DNA of 64,000 nucleotides, taken from contig NW_024704742.1 of the NCBI RefSeq assembly GCF_018977255.1, forward strand, positions 14,262,001 through 14,326,000. The letters are read 5' to 3'. This stretch comes from Callorhinchus milii (taxonomy: Eukaryota). A program made the translations under genes and the position numbers. The stretch's first letter is position 1; the number at the start of each line of letters is the position of its first letter. Shown piece after piece: positions 1 through 13,620 of the stretch. The notes under the pieces were generated by a model that saw nothing but the letters and a program-made list of their open reading frames with translations, was not told the origin of the DNA and made no database searches.

Positions 1-747
1 ATCACATACCATGTATGAGGTCCTCCTATAGCAAAATTGTTAGCTGTTTATAATGAAATGCTGAGTACTTATCTTCCATTTAGGTGTGCAGGACAATGGA
101 CTGTGTCTTGGAGATCAATGGGAACCTGTACTCTGGGTTATTAAGAACTTAATCTCTGTCTCTGCACTAACTGGTTCTTGGAATTGGACATTTTAAAGGT
201 GTTAACTTCAGTGCAACTACAAACCATCTGCCTCAAGATCACATTTTTCCGGCAAAGATTTAGACAGACTCACAATCTTTGTTAGATTATGCAGTCATAA
301 GAAAGCATTGAATAAGCAAAACCTAATTAGTCCATCAACTCCTCTCCCCAATCCATTGTATCCTATGTTGTGCTTCAGCCCCTAATCTTCCATGGCCTTC
401 AAAAAAAAAACCTTTGGAGACACTTCCCCTGTCTCCAAAAGAAAATTGAGCAAAAACTCCAGATCATTTATCCACCTCAGGATCTCCTCTATCTAACCCT
501 ATCTCTTTCCTCCAACAAAAAACAGATTTCCCATCCCTGCCTCTGCTCCACCACAGAAATTATAAGGTTTCATAGAGTACATGATCATCCTGATCTGTTT
601 CTATCATTTGCCAAGCGGATACTTGGCTTCCACCAATGTTGATAAAGTTGTGTTAAATCCATGGCCCAGTACTATCAGACCTCAAATCATGTCAAAGTCT
701 TACAGTCTTCAGTCCAGTGAGTGCCTAGAGGTGACACAAGCCCTGCA

Positions 748-1135
748 ACAACAACAACAACAACAAGATTCCATTTATAGAGCGCCTTTCACATCGGGAG
801 GACGTCCCAAGGCGCTGTACAGTTGGGTCAGGACCCGAGCAGGGGGAAATGGTCAGGGTGAGGGGAGGGAAGGGAGGGAGTGAGGAGGGGGGAAATGGTC
901 AGGGTGAGGGGAGGGAAGGGAGGGAGCGAGGAGGGGGTAGAGAGTCGAGACGGGAGCTGAAGGCACGGTCAAAGAGAAAGGTCTTGAGACCGGCCTTGAA
1001 GGAGGAGGCAAGGCGAAGGCACTGGGGGTTAGAGTTCCAGAGCCTAGGGCCTGAGAGGCTGAAGGCCCGGCCACCGATGGTAGGGCAGTTGGGGCGGGGG
1101 ATATGGAGCAGACCGGAGCCAGAGGAACGGACCCA
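748..1135 (-). mobile_element. L2-clade LINE 3' fragment with (TTG)n tail
   Basis: Minus ORF ...GGRAFSLSGPRLWNS...SFKAGLKTFLF is a typical L2 ORF2 end; (caa)n at about 747-766; a 45-bp purine-rich tandem duplication at about 841-930. Confidence 0.85.
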
Positions 1136-2106
1136 GGACGAAAGATCAACCAAACAACTCTGCTTCTAACTTGGTCACCTGAGGCAATTCAACGACTCAT
1201 GATGCACCAAGCTCATTGAAGACCCAAACTTTCGTAGTTGGCCATACACATGCAGTCTAAATCATATCTACCCCAATTTTAGGCCAACTCCCAAGGCATC
1301 ATAGCTGGGGTTCTGGTATATTCCCTGGGATTAAGTTTTCAAAACAGATTAAGATTGCATACATTTAGTCTGTCACACTGACCACACTTTTCCAGTTTTT
1401 ATTTAAGGAGTTGAACGTCACAGCATTGATTGCTTTTGTTGTGAATCTGTTCACAGGTGCATAGTCCACTAACTTTATTACAGCACAAGAGGTCAATTGG
1501 CCCATCAAGTTTAAACTGATAGTAGCTCAACCCATAAGACCTAAATTCTCTAATCGCAATTCCCTGCTCTTTTCCTGTACCCTTTTATCATAGTAGCGAA
1601 TGCAAGTTTCAGGTGAACATGGGTGTTTGTTGTAACTCAATGTGAGCTTGCTGCCTTTTTTTTGATGGAATTGTCCGTCAGTAACACATATCAGTCCGTT
1701 TCTGACATAATAAAATGTTCTATGCTACTAAGGGAAACTTCAGCAAAGATCTATTGTTACAATAAAACAATAGTGGGGAAGTTGGCACCAACACAGGCAC
1801 ATGAGCCAATGGCCTTGCTCTGTGCTGCAAACTTTCTATGATTCTAACTTTCTATCCATGTATTTTTCTAAATTACTGAATGATTTAATTAACACATTGA
1901 TAATATCTTGTTGGAATTCATCCATAAAAACATCTCAGGAAAATACGTAAGGGATTAGTATGTTCTTAGCAGCTGCAGAAGCAGATGGAATGGACAAAAT
2001 GATTCACGATTAAGCATCACTTTCAAAAAGATGGTTTATAAAGCACTTCAATATGTTCTTTTTTGTGAATAGTTCTAAAAGAATGTAAGTTAATTTTAAT
2101 ACTTAT

Positions 2107-2469
2107 GGAGCACTATAGAGTATTGGTTAGACCACTTGCCTCGTAAGCGAGAGTACCCAGGTTCGATTCTCGAGTACGGCAGAATCTTAGGCAAGTTTCT
2201 TTACTCCACACGCCTCTGTTTACCGAGCAGTAAGTAGGAATCCAGTTGTTAGTCGATTGGCAGATCACTTTCCAGGGGTAATAATTCTTCCCCCAAAAAT
2301 AATAGTAATAATTTGCTCACTCAATCCACGACACTGTTTGGGGGACAATTGGCTGCTGAGTTTCACCCACAAAATATACAGTCATTTCACTTCACAGTAT
2401 ATTCTATACTTTGAGATGTCTCAACATGACAAGGTACAATATCAAATGCAAGGGTTATTATTACTATTC
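2107..2469 (+). mobile_element. tRNA-derived SINE, longer and more diverged variant
   Basis: Degenerate A box, GGTTCGATTC B box, aattggctgc core remnant, and atcaaatgcaagg(tta)n tail; aligns with the copy at 24066. Confidence 0.8.
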
Positions 2470-2570
2470 TGAAATGCCCATTGGTTCTTTTTCTTCCAAT
2501 GTAATCCAATTTGTGAATTTGCTTTGAGGGAAATTTGTTCAAAATGTATTCCTTTATTTTCTTACATCAG

Positions 2571-2699
2571 GTACTCCCACGACAGACCTGTGGCCTCTTT
2601 ACACACACAATATTCTACAAAGAGTACCCCGGAGGCCCAAGAGAACTGGACAAAAGTATCAAGGGAGGAGAGCTGTTCCTTACTGTTCTCCTGAATCCA
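2571..2699 (+). CDS. NDST3: NDST3 internal coding exon, N-deacetylase domain ([43 protein letters not shown])
   Basis: Recognisable NDST peptide; acceptor cttacatcag| and donor CCA|gtaagt; 129 nt, phase 0-0. Earlier exons lie upstream of the window. Confidence 0.93.
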
Positions 2700-3589
2700 G
2701 TAAGTACAGAACAGAATCATTTCTTGTTGGAGACAGACAGAGAAAATAAAGAAGACAGATGGAATTTTGGGGGAGCAATATGAGAACATTTGTTGGACTC
2801 CCAAGAATTAATTTCTTATCTGTTCATTCGTATAGGGCAGTGTGTTCATGTGCTGTGCGTATGGTTTCAATTGGTTTTAGGTTGCGGTGAATTAAGAAAT
2901 AATGTATATGTTTGCAGCATCTTATCATGTCCACATGTTTCAAAATACTTCACAAGTAAGTACTGTCAAGCTTAGTGACTGTTTGTAGGCAAATATGGCA
3001 GCCATTTGCTCCCTCTAGATCCATAAGCAGCCACGAGTATTCTGAATGACAAATTTATCTGAAGGATTGTTAACCAGTCCACCAGAAGAAACTCCCTTCA
3101 CTTTTTGAAAAGTGATGTGGAATCTTAAATGTTTACTTGAACAGGCAGATACTGTAAGTTTTGAGAGTTTCCATGCCTATTGAGCACCCCTCTCTCATTC
3201 AACCTTTAATTCATGACAAGAAGGAAAACATTAACATGGTTTAAGTTGTGTTGCAAATTAATAGTGTTTGTGGGTAATATGATTGGTTGGATTGTCTCAG
3301 TCACTGCTCAAAGTGGTTTCATAGAAGAGTGGCCAATATGAGGAGAACCGGATGAAGGGAAAGTAAAGTAAAACTAAATTCATTTTGATCTCTACATGAG
3401 AAATACTGGTAATGCAGTTTCTTAGTCTATAATACAATGTAGAACATAATTGGTAAATTAATTTTGGAGATAAGTGAGAGCAAGCAGACATTAGGCATTC
3501 CTCCCTCTAGAGCAGCAAATAGACATTCAGAAGATGAAATAACCCAGGACACTCATACATCTCCAACTGGTTGGCTTTTCAGTGGCATG

Positions 3590-4160
3590 TTTTTTGATCA
3601 GCCAGGTGTTGACCAATTCAGAAGCCCATTAACGTGCTTAAGAGTATCCAAACCAGACTGAAAGTTCCATGTATGCCACATAGAAATTCCCTTGTCTGAA
3701 ATGGAACATTCACTCTCTGCCCAGAGGGACGAACCCTGCTTAACTAATTCCGGAGAATATTTAGCAAAAGTTGCCAAAAGCCTTTGGTGGGGAATCCAGT
3801 GTGCATTGGGTGCCATTGGAGTCTAACCAGCTAAACCTGTAAAACTTGCCATTGAGAGCACTCTCTGTAAGTTTCCTGCTCCTTGTCCAGCTAGAGCTTC
3901 AGCCTGCAAGGTTAACATGACTGAGTGTAATGAATCCCTGCTCTGGTCTGAAGACTGGTCTTCCTATGAATGCCCTTGAATACTGCGGTTTCTTCTAGTT
4001 TAGGAACTGGACCCACTGGGAGTGTCACAGAGGGCTGGTTCAATTCTGACATTTTATTGCCACGTATGTCACCTTGTAGCCAGTTTAGCTGTATGGAGAC
4101 TTCGCTTACCTCTCTGCGCACCACCATCAACCAAGGAGGATTGTCAGTGGCATAGGCAAA
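3590..4160 (-). mobile_element. Unclassified poly(A)-tailed LINE-like family, 3' fragment (copy 1)
   Basis: Aligns by eye with 7265-7785, 27854-28016 and 48720-49867; shared 3' end and A-tail. Confidence 0.7.
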
Positions 4161-5214
4161 GGCCTTGAAATGTCATCCTAGGAAAACTCTCATTCCGAGA
4201 GAAAACCAACTTCAAAATTAAAACTGAATTTAAGAATTTATCCAATTCTGAATGCCCTAAAATGCTATGTCAGAAGAATTAATATAGACCAAGGTGAAAT
4301 TTCTTCCCAAGAGCGAGTTAATGTGAAAGCACCACATAAGTTAAATATTGTGGATAAGCACATTAAAAAATAAATATAGATATTTCAATAGTATATTATT
4401 TATTGGTTCAAAAAGTATATTATCCATTAGTTCAAAAAGAGCAAATTGGCTCTGTTGAGTGGATAGAGTGGAAAGATTCCTATCTGATGTGGGTTAATCA
4501 TCAATATCCAAATGACCTCCTGCAGACGAAGTACATAGAAGGTCGCTAACATCCAATGTTGTGGTTGCTTAAATACTCAATCTGCACGAAATGAATTCAG
4601 TACTTTTAGCAACAAGTAGATGTCTGTACATAAGTCGTATTACAATGTTGCTATCTGGCTTGTTAGCATCACTAAACACTTCATTATCAATTAAAATAAG
4701 ACTATCCAACGATTCGCCTTGTCAGTGACACAACCTCTGGGGAATATCAATTTTAAGTCCTCCCTTCTAGATAAAACAAACATAGTATCTTGTACCTTCA
4801 GTGTTGGAAAGATAACACATTGGCCTAGTAAACAGAGTTTTAGGCAGTGCAATCTTTCCCATCTTGGCCACTTTCAGATTAGCCTTGAGACTGGCATGAA
4901 GCACCATCTTCCATGTAAATAAATAGAACTGTTCTGAAATGAATGTGACATTTGTTCTAACATATTCATTGGAGTTGGCTGGTGTTCCAATTATAGGCCT
5001 GTAAAAATCGGTCCTTTTTGAAGGGGAAATACTTTATTTAATTTACAGTGACTAAGAAAATGCAGGAATTAAGATGCTTAATCTGTGAACAGATGGCAAA
5101 ATATTTTCCTCTGAAATAATTCTTCTCCTAGATCATTTCCCTTATTCTACTACATTCATGTCTTTTCTTCCCTTTTAAAAACTGGCAACAGAAAATGCAT
5201 AGATTAAAGCAAAT

Positions 5215-7079
5215 ATATATTTTACAAATACATTAAGAGGAATAGGCTAGTGAGGATAAATGTAGGTCCACTTCAGTCAGAGACGGGAGAAGTTGTAATG
5301 GGGGACAAGGACATGGCAGAGTCCCTAAATGGGGACTTTGCATCTGTCTTCACCCTAGAAGACACAACAAGTTTGCCAACAATAGACATGCACCAAGGGG
5401 ATAAGGACAGGGAGCAACTTAGGGAAATTTTCATTAGTAGAGAATTGGTGCTAGGGAAACTGTTAGCACTAAAAAGTGACAAATTCCCTGATCCGGATGG
5501 CTTGCATCCCAGGGTTTTAAAAGAGGTAGTTTATGAGATAGTGGAGGCCTTGTGTCTGATCTTCCAAAATTCCTTGGATTCTGGAACAGTCCCCATGAAT
5601 TGGAAGATCGCAAATGTCACACCACTATTTAAAAAGGTGGAAAGGAAAAGATGGGGAACTATAGGCCAGTTAGTCTAACATCAGTGATTGGAAAAATTTT
5701 AGAATCATTGATTAAGGATGTGGTAGTGCGGTATTTAGGGGACACAATATAATTAGGCCAAGTCAACATGGCTTTACAAAAGGGAAGTCATGTTTGACAA
5801 ATCTCATAGAATTTTTTGAGGATATTTCCAGTAAACTAGATAACGGTGAATCAGTGGATGTGGGCTATTTGGACTTCCAGAAGGCATTCGATAAAGTGCC
5901 GCATAAAAGGTTAGTCCAAAAGATAGGGGCCCACGGAATTGGGGGGAACATATTAACGTGGATTGGTGAATGGTTAACGGGTAGGAAACAAAGAGTAGGG
6001 ATAAACGGGTCCTTTTCAGTGGAGTGCCACAAGGATCAGTCCTTGGGCCTCAGCTATTTACCATCTACATTAATGATCTAGATGAGGACATTGAAGTTAA
6101 TATATCTAAATTCGCGGATGACACAAAACTAAGGAAGAATTGTCAACACAGAGGATGACATTAAAAAAATGCAGCGCGACATAGATAGGTCAGGTGATTG
6201 GGCAGGTAGGTGGCAGATGAAGTATAATGTAGGGAAGTGCGAAGTCATCCACCTAGATAGCAAAAACATTAGAGCAGGTTATTTTTTAGAAGGGGAGAGA
6301 TTGGAATGTGTTAGCGTCCAGAGGGACTTGGGTGTCCTTGTACACCAATCACAGAAAGTTAGTCTGCAGGTGCAGCAGCAATTAGGAAGGCGAATGGTAT
6401 GTTAGCATTCATACCATTCATACCATGGTATGTTAGCATTCATACTCTTATACGGAAGAGTACGGAAGAGTACGGGAAGTCTTGCCTCAACTGTATAGGG
6501 CCCTGGTGAGAACACACCTGGAACACTGTGTGCAGTTTTGTCTCCTTATTTAAGGAAGGATGTACTTGCCTTGGAAGGGGTGCAGTGTAGATTTACTAGG
6601 TTTGTACCATGGATGAAGGGGATGAGTTATGAGGATAGGCTGACCAATTTGGGCCTATATTCTCTAGAATATAGAAGAATTAGAGGGGATTTTATAGAAA
6701 CCTATAAGATCATCAAAGGACATGATAGAGTAGATAGTGGGAGATTGTTTCCCCTGGTTGGAGAAACTAAAACCAGGGGTCACAACCTTAAAATCAGAGG
6801 CAGCCCTTTCGCACTGAGTTGAGGAAGAACTTCTTCACTCAAAGAGTGGTGAATGTTTGGAACTCGCTACCCCAAAGGGCTGTTGACGCTCAGTCCTTAA
6901 AATTATTCAAGACTGAGATAGATATATTTCTTATTGCAAAAGGGATTAAGGGATATGGGGATAAGGCAGGGTTATGGTATCAGCTGGAGTTAGATTAGAA
7001 GATCAGCCATGATTGAATGGCGGGGCAGGCTCGAAGGGCTGAATGGCCTACTCCTGCTCCTACATGTTATGTTATGTTA
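5215..7079 (+). mobile_element. CR1-clade LINE, 5'-truncated, frameshifted ORF2 (reverse transcriptase) plus 3' UTR
   Basis: Peptides PDGLHPRVLKE, WKIANVTPLFKK, YLDFQKAFDKVPH, FADD (6111-6122), LYSLEYRRIRGD; (TTATG)n tail. Confidence 0.95.
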
Positions 7080-7264
7080 AATACATGAAATACACCAAAA
7101 TGTAATCAAATCAACCTTGCACCAAATTTCAAGTCATTCCAATCATTCAAGCAGTGTCGAGTGAATAGGAACGTGTCCATAAACATTCACACAGTGAGAC
7201 TTAAATAGTCAGTGGAATCAAATCAATCCTCTTTGGCAGTCTCAATAATCTGGTTCCTAAGCCA

Positions 7265-7785
7265 GGCATGTTCCTATGTCTACAATATTCCAGGCCATTG
7301 CTGATGACAGCCCAGCTAGCCTGGCTCATTGGTATGACTTGGATGGGCAGACCAGTCACTGGGAACACGGATCCTTTCCAGTTCTATTCTGTTAACCCTG
7401 CAACCCAAAGCCGTACCGGGTTTGGATAGTCCTAGCTGGACAAGCAGTGGGAAGCTGCTAGTCCAGCTAGGACTATCCATAGCTATTAGGTATGGAGACG
7501 GACCTTTCTATGGCAAGCTGTACAATTTTAGCTGGTTAACCTCCAGCAGTACTCCAACACAAACTTTGGATCCCCAAGCCTTTGTTCTTGCCATTCTCTG
7601 AGTAATACTCTCTGAAATTACATAAGCAGGATGTGTACCTCCATGAGAGAATACACACTGCATTACAGACAGGGAGTTTCCATGAGGCATATTATACATG
7701 GAACTCTCAGTCTGGTTTGGATATTCTTAAGCATGGTGATGAGTTTCCGAGTGTGTCAGACACCCGCCTGACCAAAAAACAAAAA
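7265..7785 (+). mobile_element. Unclassified poly(A)-tailed LINE-like family, 3' fragment (copy 2)
   Basis: Reverse complement matches 48720-49440; ends ctgaccaaaaaacaaaaa. Confidence 0.7.
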
Positions 7786-10700
7786 TATTAAATAATGGGT
7801 TTACTAAAAATATATTTGTCCACTGGCATTGTCTTGTCATGTACAGTAGTGAAAATGAAACAGTTGTTTTTTCATTTCCTCACGGCTTAAGTATTTTTTC
7901 TCCAGTGTGTGCCTTCCTCGTGCAAGATAATGTGATTTCCAAGAAACATTTTTTATAGTCATCTTGTGATCCACTTGCCACATTCCTTTTACCTCTGTAA
8001 AAACTAGGTCTTCAACAAGCAACGCACAGATTGGGAAAAAAAACATATCTTTGTTAACGTTTTCTCTTTTATTTTTTATATTTCATCTAATTCTTTCTGA
8101 GATTCATATTTAACATGTGATGTACTGAAAATACATTAGAAAGACTCATAAGATGATTAATATCCCACTCAGGGCACTGACCACAGTTATCAAATCAGCC
8201 CACTCATGGGATATAAACCTCATGGGTCTTCATAACATATGCTCCAATTAAGCTTTCAAAGGTATGCTTTGTGAATTAATTATACTCTTGTGATGACAGA
8301 GAATTACTTTAATGTGTTTAAATTGATAATTATTTGAAGTATGCTGTGCTTAAAAAAAGGATGTGTCTGGCATATTGTTATCAGTACGCTGATGGTGAGG
8401 ATATTTTAATTGGTTGGATACTGTTGCTGAGCATGGATTATTAGATTTTTAGAGAGATCTATTTCTGTTGAAACTATTAGGTATAATGTAATGCCCTATT
8501 TATTTCAGAGGTTATGACTATAGAATATCCCTTGTAGCTCAATAAATTGGATTTGGGACCACGCTGCTGGCTTCTCTCAGTCCTTCACCCTTTCAAGGTA
8601 AATAAACTAAATGCTGTGGAGAGAAGTAAGTTGAAGCTCTGGGAGATAACAAACTCTGCTGGGGACACATTTGGCAATAATAATAATAATCCTTACATTT
8701 GGTATAATGCCTTTCACGTCAGGAGGACAGCCCAAAGTGTTTCACTGGATATACTGTGTGTGACTGTGTGTTTTGTTGGCAAATGCAGCAGACAGTTTGT
8801 GCCCAGCAATGCCAAGCAGGTCTGCAGTAATCTATGGCTCATTCCTCTACCATTAGAGATCTTCCTCATTGCTCTCATCTACATTGCCCCTCAGCCACAG
8901 CCCTTATGTGGTGGTGACCAGAATTGTATGCAGTACTCCAGGTGCAAGAGGTTGTATAGCTTGAATAGGACTTCTGTGGAAGTGATCTCAACTGGATTAT
9001 TAATGTAACCTAGCATCATGTTTAGCCTTGTGTTAAATTAAGCTTCAAATGTCCACTTTTAAATTTGAGATAAGGTGGCATTCCATGAACTGACACTAAC
9101 ATAAACACCAGCACAGACAGACTGGTTGAGCTGAATGGCCTGGTTCTGTGCTGTAACAATCAATGTAAATCAAATAAAAGTAAAATGATGCAATCCGCAG
9201 ATGACTTATTCAGAGCTGTTGAAGGCCTGTCCAATGGCTGCTGCAAGCTACCTTGGGCCCAGCCTTGTGCCCAGAGGTCAGGGTGTTCACCTGCAGCTAG
9301 CTATCCAGTGGGACCTTGCCAGGAGTAAACTATCTGACAATTGGATAGTTATTACACTGAGTGTCACATTTTACACCCAATGTATTTCCTAATATGCTTA
9401 GAAAGCTGATGATATGCCTGAGATAGCATTTTATTGTGTGTGTAAGCACAGAGAGAGAAAGATAAAAAGCTTAGACTAAATGAGTGGTGTAATCATAATG
9501 AAATCAGGCATTGATCACTCCTAGGATGACTGGTTCCAGGCTGGACAAGTGGGACAGCTTATCCATATGGAAACAGGCAATCATTCTGTTCAAACACTGG
9601 TTTTATTTCACAATCTGAAAACTTGTGGATTGGAGATTTGCTCTACAAGTGTCATTGCAAACCTTGAGAAAAGGTTGGGCCATTATTAGAAATCATTGCT
9701 TGGCACCACCCACCTTGACTAAATTACACCATTGATTAACTCATAGCTATTACAGTACTGAACTCATTCCCACCTATTGCAGCATTTGCAGCATTTAACC
9801 AAGTTGTGACACCCTCTGAATGTGAACAGTGCTATATATAAATGTAAATTGTAAAATGTAAATTTTATTGAACTCTTTCTCCAATATCAAATGCAAGGAT
9901 TATTATTATTACTATTATTCCAGCACTGAACGCACACCTGGATATTTCAACATTAAACTCACGCTCAGCTATGTTTGTATCCCATAGCAGTTTACTACTT
10001 TATACACTATTTAGTATATATCACAACAAAAGCCTTTATAACATATGAGAGATCAAACAATTGCATTAAACCAATGTGAAACCACACTGCAATATAACGT
10101 GCACTCCCACTCAAAATATTGGAGCAATTCATTCTATTTCATTGACTGGATTCATGGCTGGATGTAGTTGAGATCACACACCGCCCCCCCACCACTACCC
10201 ATCCAGAATTGATTAATTCTGACTTTGATCCAGCAGTGCACATGCTAAATAGTTCTAAATATAACTGAATGGAGAGGGTAAAGTCATGCAGCTTTCATAA
10301 CCTCAGTGGAAAAAAGCTGGCAGCATAGTGGAACTAGAGGCTGCATAATTGGCTAATAAATGAAATGGCGCCTCATTTACATGGTGGTAAGAGCAAGCTC
10401 CCTCAAGGTAGAAGAGGAGGCTGCCGAGTCACACAGTTGAAATCACATCTTAGGAGCACGAAGCAGAGAAAATCATATCCTAGACACGGAGTCATCATTA
10501 GTCAGTGGACTGCATGTTGAATTGCTTTCCGTGTGCTTGTTAGGTGCTGCCAATGTACTCTAAAGGCAACTATTGCGATTGTTTCTTTAATTAGACAGGC
10601 GTGTTTAGATTTTTTTAATGTAATGGCTTGAAGTTACCCTTGTGTGTGCTCAAGGGCAAGGAGTTATAGAGCCAAGTGCATACAACATAAAATTTTCTAA

Positions 10701-13331
10701 ACGTTTCAACTTGTATCATTTTGCGATCTAATTGTGTAGGTAAGCTGAATGATTGAATCAGAATTGGCACACATAAGACCCCAGATTGCCAGACGCAGGG
10801 ATAGTGCCAAGGCTTAGCACCAGTCAGCTTCTCATTGCCCGTCACTGGAGAGTTAAATCACTGATACATTCCTCAACTATTGATCCAATGAATTGAGCCA
10901 CATCCCATCAGTGGCAGAGCAGAGCAAGCAATTAGTCAACATTGACTGCAGAGTACAAGAGCAGCACCATCAACAAGTATTGTCAGTCCCCAGAGACCAG
11001 TGTAGGAAATGCATACATGCACTTGTACCCAAGCAACAGAGTTACCTGCTCTCCCAATGGACCTTATAAAAGAAAGAAGAGATCTTGGAAGGAGACTGAT
11101 AAATTGTTAACAGCTAACCCTTTACCTTTGGATCTACAAAGTGTTTTTAAAAAAAACAGGCAAGTTCCTGGAAATTAAAAGGATTCTGAGTTTACAGTAT
11201 GTCCCATAAGACATGTTGAGATGTCCTTCCAACAAGAAACATTTTATTTCATTTAACTGCACCTAAAGATGGAACGGGGTCAATGGAGGGTGATTCTCCA
11301 ACCAGTGAAGATTCAAAGCGGGGTAGGTGGGACCAAGGGAGGTTTGTAGTATGTATGCAGAATTTCGCAATAAAACCTACAGTCAATTCCCTTTACAATA
11401 TATTGTGTTAAGCACTCTGAGATACAACCCTGCGTGGAAGGCACTATATAAGTGCAAGTTGTTGTTGTCGATTTGAGACGTCTGGAAGGCATGATAAGGC
11501 ACTCTTATCAAATGCAAGGATTATTATTACTATATTATGTGGACCAATGAATGGTTTGGGGTTGAAAGGGTTAAAAGAAACAAATTGTCTTCCATCCCTT
11601 ATTTCCTTTACGTAATGTAAGAACATAGGAAATTGATGATAATTATCATTGGTGATAATTATCTCACAACATATTTGTTTCATCCCATTGCTCCAGATGC
11701 ATCAGAATTGACCTGAAGATCAGTGCATCCAGATCATGAGTATAACTGGGAGTGGGATATTGGAATGCTCTATTTGGATCCACCATGTGCTCACTCAGGT
11801 CCCACAGCACTGTAATACATTCCACATTGAAATAAATCACTGAGGTAACCCATTTTGTAATACATGGATATGACATATGGTGTAGATGGTAAAGAAAGCC
11901 ATTTGTTCCTGCCAGCTCCGGAAACTAATTAAACCAAAACAGATGTTGTAAGTTCTCTGAGCAATCGCAATTACAGGAAATTTAAAAGTAGTCGAGAATG
12001 GAATAGCTTCCATTGTGCAAAAGATTAAAAATGAATCGAGAATGGAGTTGGCCACATGAGACGGATGTATTCTCCAGTGAAATAATAATGCTTTCTTCAA
12101 AAGCAATGCAGGAGGATTATTTGTCTTGTGTGTTTTGCTGCACCTTGTAGAACACAGTAATATATTAATTATTCATCAATCATGGTCTTCATTAAACAAG
12201 AGTCGATACAATGTGAGAACACTTCGAGCACAGTGAGAATCTCTCCAGCATAGATAATAGATTGTAGCACTGTTTCCAATTAAAGCCAAGGCTGGAAGGA
12301 GGTGTCGGGTGTAACACCAACAGCGCTGCAATAAATTGTTGTTCAGCACTTCCTGGTGCTCGAGTGTTGTGTTTATTTCAAGAGATACATGATTTCATTT
12401 CTTCTTTCTTGCAGTTCACAGATAACACAAAGCTGAAACGGATAACTGAACAAATGGTGCATTACATCTGTTCTTTCAAAATGTTAATGACCTGTACCTA
12501 ATGAATGCTGCAGGTGTGAGCAAATTTCAAAGGTCTGCCTTGTATGTCTAAGACATACTAAATTGCACCACCAGCTCTAACAACTTTTAAAAACAGAAAC
12601 AGCTAATATTTGTGCTTTGAGCATCTGCCAAGCAATGATTGAGCAGAACGCCAAAATTGGCACTTTTTGTGACTGATTGAATGTGCTGTAGAGTGGGAAG
12701 TATAAATCTGGCTCCCTGCTTCATATCACTATACTTCCAGGAGTGAAGCAGCTTAACATATTATCAAACAGTCAAAATCCTGTTTAGTCTATGAGCAATA
12801 TCGGCTTAAGTAATGGTTGGGGAAGAAATTGTCTCCAGGCCCTACATGTGGTAGTTAAGGTTAGACGATGGTTTCTCACTGTGTGTCATATTTTTGCTGG
12901 TTGAAATACTCTGCCAAGGGCAGAGAAAGTATCAATAATTGCTGTGGAATGTGCATTCAAACATGGCTGCTGAAAACTCAGAGCAGTGTTTTACTGCTGA
13001 GTGCAATGTAACAGCAGAGTGCCAGTGCTGTGTGGAACACGCAAACTACAGCAGAGAGCTGTTAGAGTATAAAGTGCATAGGTGTCTCCAAGTAAGGTAA
13101 ATATTCACTAATTACTGGTGGACTGCTCAAAAATGAAAGCTCAATTCCATCATTTTCCCCCAAAATTCAAGTCTTCGATGGAGTTTGACTTTAATCAATA
13201 ATTGTCAAGAAAAAGTAAAACAAAAATTATGTTTTGATTTTCTCTTTAAGCACGCGAGACCAAGGTCAGTAAATCTGCCAGCAAGTGGAGAATCACTACT
13301 AGAATCTGTGACCCTTCATTCTAATCTTCAT

Positions 13332-13620
13332 ATTAATAATAATCCTCGCATTTGATATAGCATAAAACCACATTGAAACATCTCACGGGATTTACTGTAA
13401 AGTGAAGTATAGTAACCCATAAAGTAGGCAAACGCAGCAGTCGATTTGCAAAAAGCAATGTCTCAAAAACAGCCAAGGAGTGAATGACCAATTTCATTTG
13501 GGGAATTATTGGCCAGGACATCACTTATCGTTTCAAGTAGTGCCATGGGATCTTTAACATCCACTTGAACAGGCAGATGTTCTGGGACCTCAGTTTAACA
13601 CTTCACCTGAAGGACAATTG
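13332..13620 (-). mobile_element. Deu-core-type SINE, diverged
   Basis: gccatgggatctttaacatccacttgaacaggcaga core block, recurring at about 3110, 16830, 19300, 46370 and 51225; (tta) tail. Confidence 0.7.

Noticed and set aside
5250..6822. Reverse-transcriptase ORFs as a functional gene or retron-like system
   Set aside because: Frameshifted, 5'-truncated CR1 ORF2 with internal deletions and duplications.
8547..9008. 153-aa ORF and the other short intronic ORFs in the track
   Set aside because: They cross SINE/CR1 remnants and show no recognisable domain or exon structure.
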